Below, in pieces: positions 47,945-57,372 of a DNA stretch of 64,000 nucleotides. The position numbers were made by a program, and so were the translations under genes. The stretch covers positions 30,644 through 94,643 of the forward strand of contig SVDZ01000011.1 of assembly GCA_015057625.1 (NCBI GenBank). Direction: 5' to 3'. Within the stretch, counting starts at the first letter, position 1. Every line of letters starts with the position of its first letter. Origin of the DNA: Lachnospiraceae bacterium (GTDB taxonomy: Bacteria > Bacillota > Clostridia > Lachnospirales > Lachnospiraceae). Below the pieces are notes generated by a model that was given only the letters and a program-made list of their open reading frames with translations, made no database searches and had not been told where the DNA came from.

Positions 47945-47996
47945 ATGAAAAAGAGGTGGATAATAATATGTTAAAAAAACATATCTTTATCCACCT
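47945..47996 (-). terminator. Terminator after the XRE regulator gene
   Basis: AGGTGGATAA...TTATCCACCT stem plus T-run on the minus strand. Confidence 0.6.
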
Positions 47997-48041
47997 TTTC
48001 ATTCTATCGATTATGCTATTTTCTTTTTTTTAGTATTTAAT

Positions 48042-48692
48042 TTAATGATATTTCTGTCTCAATTTTGACACAAAGCCAATTCCTGCACCAATAATCATAC
48101 CTACTAATGAAATCCCAGCTCCACTAAGTATCATACTAAGTTCCGGAATATTGAATTTGTCAAATGTCGTCATATTTGCAAGACTGAATGTTGCATACTC
48201 TGCCAACATATACATTATTCCAAAAAACAACGGAACAAACCATTTCTCCATTCCCCATCCTCTGTCTTTTCCAATAATCAGCGACTCAATAAAAGCAGTT
48301 ACCGGAAGCACCAAGAAAAAGGTCATTAACGAATATCCCACTGCATCCTGATCACCTGTAAATAACCAGAATGTCAGTACACATAAAGCCCAAATCACAA
48401 CATACACTCCAACCTGAATTATCTTTGCAAGTTTGTTTTTGCTCTTTACTATATTAGTACTCTCTTCCAGATAGTTTGCATAGTCTGAAGTCTTCTTTTC
48501 TTCCTTAAGCAGGACATCCAAACTCACATCATACATATCACTAATTTTAATTACACTGATAATATCGGGATATGTTTTGTTATTTTCCCAGTTTGATATA
48601 GTTTGTCTGCTTATTCCCAGTTCTTCAGCTGCCTGCTCCTGCGTGTAATTAGCTTTTGTGCGCGCATCCCTTAATTTCTGCCCAATTTCCAT
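48042..48692 (-). CDS. XRE-family HTH regulator fused to a 4-transmembrane-segment domain
   Basis: N-terminal IGQKLRDARTKANYTQEQAAEELGISRQTISNWENNKTYPD. The C-terminal half is hydrophobic. Confidence 0.85.
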   Translation of the reverse strand: MEIGQKLRDARTKANYTQEQAAEELGISRQTISNWENNKTYPDIISVIKISDMYDVSLDVLLKEEKKTSDYANYLEESTNIVKSKNKLAKIIQVGVYVVIWALCVLTFWLFTGDQDAVGYSLMTFFLVLPVTAFIESLIIGKDRGWGMEKWFVPLFFGIMYMLAEYATFSLANMTTFDKFNIPELSMILSGAGISLVGMIIGAGIGFVSKLRQKYH

Positions 48693-48705
48693 TATTTCAC
48701 ACCTC

Positions 48706-49140
48706 TTATTTCTTTTTAATTGTTCTTATGCCTATTCCAATGATCAATCCAACTAACGAAATCACAACACCCGGAATAATCATTTCAAAATCAGGTATAT
48801 TGATTTTATCAAATGCAGTCATATTTGCAAGACTGAATGTTGCATACTCTGCTAACATGTACATTATTCCAAAGAACACTGTCATAAACCATTTTTCTTT
48901 ACCCCAACCTTTGTCTTTTCCTATAATTAATGAAACCACAAAAGATGTAATTGGAAGCGCAAAGTAAAATATCATTAAAGCATATCCCATAGCATCAGTA
49001 TCTTCCACAAAAAACCAGAATGACATAATCGCTGCTGCCCAAACGATTAAATAGCTACCTACCTCAATAACCTTTTTAAGTTTCTTATTACTCTTTTCCA
49101 CATTTGTAATTTCCTCTAAATAATTAACATAATTTGACAT
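48706..49140 (-). CDS. Membrane protein paralogous to the C-terminal domain of the adjacent XRE regulator (no HTH)
   Basis: Shares FFGIMYMLAEYATFSLANMT.FDK.NIP and near-identical DNA stretches with 48042-48692. RBS GGAGGA precedes the ATG at 49140. Confidence 0.65.
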   Translation of the reverse strand: MSNYVNYLEEITNVEKSNKKLKKVIEVGSYLIVWAAAIMSFWFFVEDTDAMGYALMIFYFALPITSFVVSLIIGKDKGWGKEKWFMTVFFGIMYMLAEYATFSLANMTAFDKINIPDFEMIIPGVVISLVGLIIGIGIRTIKKK

Positions 49141-49435
49141 ATAATTTTCCTCCTTAACATACATTTTGTTTTTTATAATTTTGTTTTTTAACTTTGCCCT
49201 CCTTCTGACCACAATGTATCAGTTATCAGCTGAACCGTCTATCAAAAGGATTTTACAATTAAGGATTTTCTATGTCAAAATGCTTTTCCTCACCCCTGTT
49301 TTATTATGTCAAATTGCTTTTACATCCCTGAATTTACTAGGTTTCCGCTGTTGCGCATTCTCCTAAGCAATCCATTACCATGCCTAATTTGTTAGTCGAT
49401 TTTCATTGCCTATTTAGTATTGTGAGAATTACACT

Positions 49436-49479
49436 CGAAAAAAACCAAAAACACCCCTAAGGCTCTATAATGCCTTAGG
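49436..49479 (-). terminator. Terminator after the discoidin-repeat protein gene
   Basis: CCCTAAGGC-ATTATAGA-GCCTTAGGG followed by a T-rich run (minus strand). Confidence 0.65.
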
Positions 49480-49495
49480 GATGTTGGTATTCTGA

Positions 49496-52369
49496 TTAAA
49501 ACTCCGGTTCCTCATTTATATAAGAATCGTCTGTCTCATCTTCCGGCTGAGGTGGACTAACAGTCTCCTTTTCACCCGGTGTATAAAGATTTTCATTCCA
49601 TCCATATTCAACTTCTACGTTTCTGTAATATGGCGAAGTTGCTCCAATTAAGGATGCATTATTCAGCACACTGTACAAGTATGTATGGCCATAATAATTT
49701 GGTGCCAGACTGTGATCATATATATAAGCTGCCACCTCTGCAACTGAAATACTTCTCGTTTTATCGCTATATATTATAGTCCCGTCAGTAGCTAGGACAA
49801 ATGCTCTAACATGAAGTGTTCTGTTTATTATTGCCGAATCAATTCCTTCCATGGTTCTGACATAATAAGTATGTGTCGTATCTTCTTTATTGTAGTCACT
49901 TACAACACCCACAGCAGTAGCTAAATATCCGTAAGTATAATTTACATCATTGTATTTGTAATATCCCACGTATGCATCCACACCATTTGGATCCTTCGAG
50001 ATAGTCGGATTGAGCAGTGTGTACCTGCTTGACAACACATCTTGTGTCTTGTCATAACTTGGATTTGGATCAAGGGTGTAAATAGTTCCAAATCCTGCAA
50101 CTGTATATGTATTACCTGAAACATCAATACTGCTACCAATATTAGGCGCTTTGCATACTGTTCTGAATGCAACATTTCCTCCGATGCCATTGGTACGCAT
50201 CTGAAATCCCACCACTGAAATATCTAATGAAGTCTCAAAGGATTCTGCATCATTACCTTCCCAGTCTTTCAATACCGGTTCAGAAAAATCAAGAGTCACG
50301 CCTGAAGCTACTCTTCCTAAATCAAAGATAAAATAAACATCTCCATCTTCGTCTGAAACAGCGCTAAGCTCTAAATGTTCTGTTCCAAGTTTAACAAAAT
50401 GCTGTGTCATTCCCGATGCTCTGTAACTTCCTCCATCTGCAAAGGAATAGAACTTAATCTGCATTTTGTAAGTCTCCCCTGCAATAAGGCCGGAATAGCT
50501 TTTCTTCAACTGAACGCTGTCATACCCATCTGTTGTGCTAAAAGTAAATTTAGTCTGAACATGATCAGCATCTCCTGAATCCACTGCAACTGTTCCGCCG
50601 GAATTTGTCGCATCAATTCTATAACTGTATCCTCCAATAGGATGCCACTCTCCATCAGCCTCAACCGCGCTGATATCACTCAGTTGTTCTGCTTTGCTTA
50701 CTGTTAACATGCCGGAATAAACCGGTTCAGATTGCACTCCCTGCGAATCAACTGTCACCACTGCTATTTTATATGTACCGGCAACAATTCCATCAAGAGT
50801 TCCTGAAGTTTGAGCATTTCTAATACGCTTCGAATTATTTCCCTGCTGATCTACAACTAAAATATCGTATGTATATCCCTGTTGTCCCTCAAAGGAATAA
50901 TCAATCTCATTGTAATCCTCTGATGACGCCACCAGTGATGTGGCCTGTGGAACATTTACTGCATTCCCTGATAAACTTAAGTCTCCATTCATATCCAAAA
51001 CTGCTACTTCTGTTGCCTGAGCTCCGTACGCAACAGCTTCAGGATAATAGAATCTAACATATCTGACATCACCTGTAGCAGATGACACATCCGCTACTAC
51101 CTTAAATGGTGCCACATTTCCGTGAGCATTTAAGGCACTGCTTACATCTGCTGCAGTAAGTGTTGCTACTGTATTAAAATTGGTATTATCTGTAGAAAAC
51201 TGAATCTGTAATGTTCCATTACCTGTCGGATAACAACCTCCAACTGTGGTTCTGTACCAGACAATGGCTTTATCTAAAGTTGATGCATCGTAAACATTTC
51301 CCAAATCAACAGTATATCCTGTGCCTGTTGTATTAAAAACAGGACATATATAATCAGCAGTACCACCACTTATGATACCGTTTGTTATACTTCCATAGCC
51401 TTCATTTGCTTCTCCCGGAAAGATAGTAAATTCCTTGAAATAGCATACATTCTTTTCAGGATTGCTGACATAACTCTCATAGTCATATACGGTTACAGGA
51501 CTGCTAACAATACCCGTTGATGCCCTGCCCTGATATGAAGATACTATTCTTAATGTATGTACACCTGCAGAAATACCGTCAATATTATATTGCGTGCCTG
51601 CAGATAAATTTACCAATATCGGAGCTTCATTATCATCTAAGAAAGCGAGATACCGATATCCTTCCTGATTGGCACCTGCGGTTACTGAAAATCTTATTTG
51701 TCCAAACACATCTTCTGTTGACTCTACTAAAACCGATGCCGGATTATCAACATTCACCACTTTATCACTTATTTTAGCATCACCGTCAGTATCAAATATT
51801 CCTACTTCTGATGTCTGGGCACCATAAGCTATTGAATTAGGATAATATACTCTTACATATCGCACCTCATCACATGAAATCGAATCAGGAATATCGGCCT
51901 GGATAACAAAAGGTGCTGCCTGCCCACTTTTCTGACTATTAAAATTACTTTGTGATACAGTAGCAACTGTTTCAAATACATACCCATCTACTGAATACTG
52001 TATCTCAAATCCACCACTTCCGGGATAACATCCGCCAAAATCAAGTCTATACCAAACGCATACAGAATCAATCCCATCGGCTTCATATATATCTCCAAGA
52101 TCTATTGTGTACCATGAACCTGCCACTCCTTTTGTAGGTGTTAAAAACTTTCCTGCATCTACATCTCCATCCGTAATACTTCCGTCTCCTTCTGTAGATG
52201 TTCCTGATGACAACGTATATGATTTACCAAGGGCAAGGTTAGCCGTTCCATCTGATACTATATCGATTGGTGCCGCTTCAACAATCCTTACGCCACACCA
52301 TTCAATTCCTCCAAAAGCCATTGCGACGGTTAATACTATTGCAACCATTCCTCTAACTAATTTCTTCAT
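49496..52369 (-). CDS. Large secreted protein: two discoidin/F5-8-type-C-like modules, Ig/Fn3-like modules, and a C-terminal unassigned shared domain
   Basis: Signal peptide MKKLVRGMVAIVLTVAMAFGG. Duplicated WY..DLG..Y......V.WY......CYP module, each followed by VRYVR.YYP..AYGAQ.SEV. C-terminal VVGFQMRT...FRTV...GTIY domain. Confidence 0.75.
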   Translation of the reverse strand: MKKLVRGMVAIVLTVAMAFGGIEWCGVRIVEAAPIDIVSDGTANLALGKSYTLSSGTSTEGDGSITDGDVDAGKFLTPTKGVAGSWYTIDLGDIYEADGIDSVCVWYRLDFGGCYPGSGGFEIQYSVDGYVFETVATVSQSNFNSQKSGQAAPFVIQADIPDSISCDEVRYVRVYYPNSIAYGAQTSEVGIFDTDGDAKISDKVVNVDNPASVLVESTEDVFGQIRFSVTAGANQEGYRYLAFLDDNEAPILVNLSAGTQYNIDGISAGVHTLRIVSSYQGRASTGIVSSPVTVYDYESYVSNPEKNVCYFKEFTIFPGEANEGYGSITNGIISGGTADYICPVFNTTGTGYTVDLGNVYDASTLDKAIVWYRTTVGGCYPTGNGTLQIQFSTDNTNFNTVATLTAADVSSALNAHGNVAPFKVVADVSSATGDVRYVRFYYPEAVAYGAQATEVAVLDMNGDLSLSGNAVNVPQATSLVASSEDYNEIDYSFEGQQGYTYDILVVDQQGNNSKRIRNAQTSGTLDGIVAGTYKIAVVTVDSQGVQSEPVYSGMLTVSKAEQLSDISAVEADGEWHPIGGYSYRIDATNSGGTVAVDSGDADHVQTKFTFSTTDGYDSVQLKKSYSGLIAGETYKMQIKFYSFADGGSYRASGMTQHFVKLGTEHLELSAVSDEDGDVYFIFDLGRVASGVTLDFSEPVLKDWEGNDAESFETSLDISVVGFQMRTNGIGGNVAFRTVCKAPNIGSSIDVSGNTYTVAGFGTIYTLDPNPSYDKTQDVLSSRYTLLNPTISKDPNGVDAYVGYYKYNDVNYTYGYLATAVGVVSDYNKEDTTHTYYVRTMEGIDSAIINRTLHVRAFVLATDGTIIYSDKTRSISVAEVAAYIYDHSLAPNYYGHTYLYSVLNNASLIGATSPYYRNVEVEYGWNENLYTPGEKETVSPPQPEDETDDSYINEEPEF

Positions 52370-52584
52370 ACTATAATCTTCCCTTCTAATGATTCCAAAA
52401 ACTAGGATCAAAATCTCCATTCTCAATATCTGTTTCCGAGGTACCATGCAAATTGATTATATTTCCATCTCCCTCATTGGGATTTCCCTCTCCCATCAGG
52501 TCGGCACGGGAAACAAATTTGATTACTTCAATCGTAGGTTCAATATATTTTTGTTTTTTCATAATCCATCACTCCTCGATAATG

Positions 52585-55500
52585 TCAATTATACATTGAT
52601 AAGTCCCAACCATACTCAACTTTCTTGTAAAATCCATATTCACTTCCCACAATAATAGGAACCTGATTATAAATCCACTCTGTTATAGTTTCATAACTTG
52701 TATTTGAATAATTATTTAACACACCTAAGAATGTCTGCTGCTCTTGTTCAGAGAGGGTTGATTCGAAGGCACCGGCAGTTGAATAATTATAAAAATCATC
52801 TTCTTCATTTGCCGTATTCGTCTTGTAAATATAATCCTTGAGATCTTTATATATCTGATTGATATATGTATAATTATCATCTCCTGTGCTGTGTACATCT
52901 GCTGCGACACACATTGCAGAAGCAATTTTACCTCTGTTGTTAGGCATCCCGATTTTAACCGGATTCAAGACGTTGTCATATAAGTACTGATGTGTTTCAG
53001 CAGAAGGCATCTTCTTATTCTGATACAACTCTTGTGCTATATCGTACATGGTAACTGAATAAATATCATTTCCATAAACATAAGTTTCTTCGCCGCCAAT
53101 CTCAATAATTGCATAAGCTCTTACTGAATATGATGTTGTGAGCGACTGGTACGAATAGAACCAATGTTTCAATGTCAACGCGTAGTAATCAAAATACTTC
53201 TGATCTTTGTTTCCACTAGTCCACTGATCGTAAACGCCCTGTGATGTAGCCTCAAAATACTGCACTGAATTTTCATCAACTTCAGCGTCGCTGCCAAACG
53301 GTTCTGCGTTACCTATTGTCATTTGTGTTGCTTTATTTGTAAGATTATTTTCCAATGCAAATATTGTTCCAAATCTTGTTATTCGATACAAATCATTGCC
53401 CACTGACATTACTTTTGAAACCTTGGATACTGTTCTAAATGAAGGATTATACTGTGAAACTCCACCTTCACTTTTATTTCCGTTCATCTGGAATCCCACA
53501 ACATTTACTCCACCTGGATCCGCAACTATTTTCACCGGAACATATCTGATTTCACTATTATTATTTGTAATTTTTAACAGGAAATAATTTACCTTATATT
53601 TAATCTCGAATACAGTTTCAGAATCAAAACTAATTCCTTCTGTTGAGGCAAGTGTAGTTTTGTCTGTAAATGTTAATGTATTTGCCTTGCTGGCATATAA
53701 GGTTGTGTCGCTACAACCTGACACTGCCATTGTCGACTGGTTGTTATAAAATGTATCTTTTCCCGGAATATTAATGCTGTAATCATCGCTACCGATCATG
53801 TCATATGCATCTGTCCCGGTATATTTTGATGTATTATGAGGACAATCCAGATAATATACCTTGGTCATTACAGACACATCCTGAAACTTTGCAGGAAGCT
53901 TATACTGTTCTGAAATAAGTCTCCAATATCCGTCTTTTACAACCAAGAAAGTATCCACAACATAAGTTTCTGTTCTTTCTATTCTAGTAACTGCATGGTG
54001 ATTTCCATCCGTTCCCGACTTCACCATTGTTGCAATAACTTTCAAGTCTGAACCTATATGGTCTGAATTATCCACTGTTCTGTAAATTCCACTTAAAACT
54101 ATTTTTTCATTGTTATTTACTACCAAATTTCCCAATGCATCACAGAAATTATTTACGCTGGTACTGTCATTTAAATCTGCTGCCGAAATGGTTACTGTGG
54201 AATTTGGTTTTACATTTCCATCCGCATCATAGACAGTTACAGTAATTGCATCCTTAACATAAGCTGTCGATCCAAGCTCCAAAATATTTTCACTCATGTG
54301 ATCGTTTACTAACACTCCGGTCTTTCCAATCTGAACACCAAGATCACTGTCTATAAATGTAAATTCATTAAGTCCCTCTCCTCCGGAACTCGCTGAATAT
54401 TCTACCTCCACTTCATCGCCTACTCTTACCACGTCTCCCTTTTCAAGTGGATTTCCATCTTTATAATACTGAATTTCAGGAATTGCATCTCCGTCAAGGA
54501 AATGAATATTAGACTGTATTGTAATATCACTGGCCCAGGAATGACGTTCCAAATAGAAGAAATCGAAAGAATAAATCTTTCCCTTCTCAAGACCGATATC
54601 ATCTGCGATATCATTTAATATAAGGCCGTCCTCTCTTTTTTCATGAGCAGCACCAATGTCCATTACCAACTGATTATTAATGAACAGATACACGTCATCA
54701 TCACCCTGAAAGTGAAATTCTAATTGATCATCAGGATCGTATACAAACATACAATGAGATGTCATTCCAAAGTGATAATTATGAGTGGTCTCCCTTCCAT
54801 AACTGTATATCTCCGGTTCGTTAAAAGTATCTGCCTCAAAACTTTCATCACCCAATACTGATCTGTCTATTGGATAAAAACCACTTGTATTTTCTGTACT
54901 GTTTTTCTGAGTTATAATTCTATTTTCAGTGTCATAAGTAATAGGATGGCTATCTGTAAATTCATACATTCCTCCAACCTTCTTTAACTCAACATAATCA
55001 TACACATCTGTATTTTCTGTCAAATCTCCGTCCGTATCCGTCCAAAAATTGTTCATTGCGTAATATGCATAATCCATACAAGTAGTCACATCAGCAAGCC
55101 CTCTGTCAGCTACTGAGTACTTTGTAACAGTGTCGGTATATGTTCCAAGCACTGCGACTCCCGGATTGTTAGCATCAGACTTAACCTTTGCTGAAATTTG
55201 ATCATACAAACCTGTAGTCATAGCAGGATTAGTATCATAGGTAAGAGTTGGATTACTATCTATATATTCCTTGATTATTCCGGCTACCTTTTCTATAACC
55301 GCCTTCTTATACACCGGCTTTCCGTTGGTTCCAAGAGTTGCGGAAACCAATCCCTTTCCGGGTGATGTAGCTCCGCTAGCCTCATAAAAATCAGTGCCAT
55401 CCATAGTGAGTATATTGATTAATGGATTTTCCAAATCATACTCAAAGAGCAAGTGATCATCCCTGTGATCCAGCAAAGTAATTGGCAACATAAGACTTTC

Positions 55501-55644
55501 TAATTCTTCAGCCTTAACTTCCTTTTCTCCAATATCCGGAATAGCAACTACTGTTGCTGCCAATGACAGAGACATCAGCAAAGCTCCGACTCTCCTAGTC
55601 AGAGATTTTCCTTTTTTCCTACCGCATAGTATTTTTTCCCTCAT
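52585..55644 (-). CDS. Large secreted fibro-slime/PA14-like domain protein with the C-terminal shared domain
   Basis: GFYPID...HNYHFGM...FHFQGDDDVYLFINNQLVMDIGAAH...YSFDFFYLERH matches the fibro-slime (PA14-like) pattern. Signal-anchor RRVGALLMSLSLAATVVAIP. The start is uncertain (55644 or 55665). Confidence 0.75.
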   Translation of the reverse strand: MREKILCGRKKGKSLTRRVGALLMSLSLAATVVAIPDIGEKEVKAEELESLMLPITLLDHRDDHLLFEYDLENPLINILTMDGTDFYEASGATSPGKGLVSATLGTNGKPVYKKAVIEKVAGIIKEYIDSNPTLTYDTNPAMTTGLYDQISAKVKSDANNPGVAVLGTYTDTVTKYSVADRGLADVTTCMDYAYYAMNNFWTDTDGDLTENTDVYDYVELKKVGGMYEFTDSHPITYDTENRIITQKNSTENTSGFYPIDRSVLGDESFEADTFNEPEIYSYGRETTHNYHFGMTSHCMFVYDPDDQLEFHFQGDDDVYLFINNQLVMDIGAAHEKREDGLILNDIADDIGLEKGKIYSFDFFYLERHSWASDITIQSNIHFLDGDAIPEIQYYKDGNPLEKGDVVRVGDEVEVEYSASSGGEGLNEFTFIDSDLGVQIGKTGVLVNDHMSENILELGSTAYVKDAITVTVYDADGNVKPNSTVTISAADLNDSTSVNNFCDALGNLVVNNNEKIVLSGIYRTVDNSDHIGSDLKVIATMVKSGTDGNHHAVTRIERTETYVVDTFLVVKDGYWRLISEQYKLPAKFQDVSVMTKVYYLDCPHNTSKYTGTDAYDMIGSDDYSINIPGKDTFYNNQSTMAVSGCSDTTLYASKANTLTFTDKTTLASTEGISFDSETVFEIKYKVNYFLLKITNNNSEIRYVPVKIVADPGGVNVVGFQMNGNKSEGGVSQYNPSFRTVSKVSKVMSVGNDLYRITRFGTIFALENNLTNKATQMTIGNAEPFGSDAEVDENSVQYFEATSQGVYDQWTSGNKDQKYFDYYALTLKHWFYSYQSLTTSYSVRAYAIIEIGGEETYVYGNDIYSVTMYDIAQELYQNKKMPSAETHQYLYDNVLNPVKIGMPNNRGKIASAMCVAADVHSTGDDNYTYINQIYKDLKDYIYKTNTANEEDDFYNYSTAGAFESTLSEQEQQTFLGVLNNYSNTSYETITEWIYNQVPIIVGSEYGFYKKVEYGWDLSMYN

Positions 55645-55710
55645 ATCATTTCCTCTTTTCATCATTTTTTCATTTCTATTTTCACTTTTTATAATTTCTC
55701 TATCAAGCCC

Positions 55711-55759
55711 AAAAAAAGGGAATTGCAAATGCAATTAACTAATCAACTTTGCAATTCCC
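55711..55759 (-). terminator. Terminator after the GH5 gene
   Basis: GGGAATTGCAAA...TTTGCAATTCCC stem plus TTTTTTT (minus strand). Confidence 0.65.
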
Positions 55760-55857
55760 CTCATCACTTAAGGATAACATTTATTTTTTTTCATATCAAT
55801 ATCTTATTGGACAAATTTCAAAAAAATGTCACTTCTTACATTTCGATTACTCGATTA

Positions 55858-57147
55858 CTATTTCTGTGATTCTTTAATGGCATTTACAAGCGGTGTATTT
55901 TCCTGCGCATCAGAAACATTAGACCATGCTTCCATAATATCTTCATAAGAATCATTTTCAAGGTCAACTGTGGTTGAAGCTATCTTCTGTACTCCCCAGT
56001 TGTCATTGTCTGTTCTGCACTTATATGACCAGATACTCCAATTGAATCCTTCCTCGTCAAGCAGTTTTAATCCTTCAACCCATGCATCCATATTGTTGAA
56101 ATAATTGAATTCGCCCATATAATTCGGAACATCATAGTGACCTATATTTACATTGTTAATCTTTCTCTTCATACTCTGAATCTGAGCGTTATTCTCATTG
56201 TCGTAATTACTGTACTCATAATTGTGATATTCATACATAACGTTTGTCCAATCGTAATCCTTTGGATTTGGCAAATCCCAAGAATCCCAAGTAGCTTCCA
56301 TAATTACCACGTGATCTTTATCTATTTTTCTGATTCTGTCATAAGCCACATCATAAATATCCCACACAAGTTTGTGAAGTTCGTCATCTGATAATCCTGA
56401 ATTGTATCTGTATGTACAATAAGGCTCATTGAGCAAGTCGTAACCTGCAACTACAGGATTGCCCTTGTAGTGCTCTGCGATTTTTTCCCACATTTCATAG
56501 TAGAGTTTCTGATTCTTCTCAGCATTATCACCGAAGAAAAATTCTGAAGCAGTTTTCTTTGCATCTCTTCCGTCGATTCCCGAATGGTCACTTCCGTTCT
56601 GTGAGCCAAATGCACCGTGCATATCAAGGATTACGTAAAGTCCGCGCTTTCCGGCTTCATTCACAAACCAGTCAACTCTCTTGAATGCATCCTTCTTCCA
56701 ATTACCTTCTGCATCTGCAAATGTGCCGTACCAGAAAGGAAGTCTTATGCTGTTGAATCCCAGTTCCTTTATATAATCAAAGTCTTTTTCTGTAAAGAAA
56801 TTATCCTGGAATGTATTGATGAGTTTGTCAGTTTTTTCCTGTCCAAATCTCTCAACAAGTTTCTCTTCCAACTCTTTCTGACATGTGACATTGTCTGTAT
56901 ATTTACATGGTCCCATCCAGAATTCCTGTACAAAATAGTTTCCGATATTAATTCCCTTTAAGTAAACAGTTTCACCTTTTTCATTTTTTAATTCTGTTCC
57001 CTGAGCTTTTAAAAAGTCTTTGCTTTTAATTTTACCGCTTCCGTTCAAATTAATAACTCCTCCCATGGATAATGCAAAAACAATACAGCCAATTGCAACT
57101 ATCACTGCTCCTGCGATTATCACTTTCTTTAAACTCCCCTTCATCAT
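55858..57147 (-). CDS. Glycoside hydrolase family 5 (beta-glucanase; resembles exo-1,3-beta-glucanase-type GH5)
   Basis: GFNSIRLPFWY, VILDMHGAFGSQNGSDHSG, YDLLNEP (acid/base Glu), MGEFN (nucleophile Glu). N-terminal signal-anchor. Confidence 0.85.
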   Translation of the reverse strand: MMKGSLKKVIIAGAVIVAIGCIVFALSMGGVINLNGSGKIKSKDFLKAQGTELKNEKGETVYLKGINIGNYFVQEFWMGPCKYTDNVTCQKELEEKLVERFGQEKTDKLINTFQDNFFTEKDFDYIKELGFNSIRLPFWYGTFADAEGNWKKDAFKRVDWFVNEAGKRGLYVILDMHGAFGSQNGSDHSGIDGRDAKKTASEFFFGDNAEKNQKLYYEMWEKIAEHYKGNPVVAGYDLLNEPYCTYRYNSGLSDDELHKLVWDIYDVAYDRIRKIDKDHVVIMEATWDSWDLPNPKDYDWTNVMYEYHNYEYSNYDNENNAQIQSMKRKINNVNIGHYDVPNYMGEFNYFNNMDAWVEGLKLLDEEGFNWSIWSYKCRTDNDNWGVQKIASTTVDLENDSYEDIMEAWSNVSDAQENTPLVNAIKESQK

Positions 57148-57309
57148 CTACCTCCTTTTGTTTTGTTGTAAAACACCTCCGTCATTATATCATTTGACCG
57201 GTAATATTCCAACATATTTTATGCAATGCATATACTCATTATTTACTACAATTCTTCAAGACTCTCTCGCGAGTCTTGATGCGAAATGCGCGTCAGTAGA
57301 AAGATAACT

Positions 57310-57366
57310 TACTTTGTAAGTTATCTTAGCGATAGCGATTCTTTACAATCGCTATCGCTCCCGGAG
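57310..57366 (+). repeat. Double-hairpin extragenic element, copy A
   Basis: AGATAACTTAC-TTT-GTAAGTTATCT then GCGATAGCGATT-CTTTAC-AATCGCTATCGC. About 80 percent identical to 59399-59456. Confidence 0.6.
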
Positions 57367-57372
57367 CGAATA

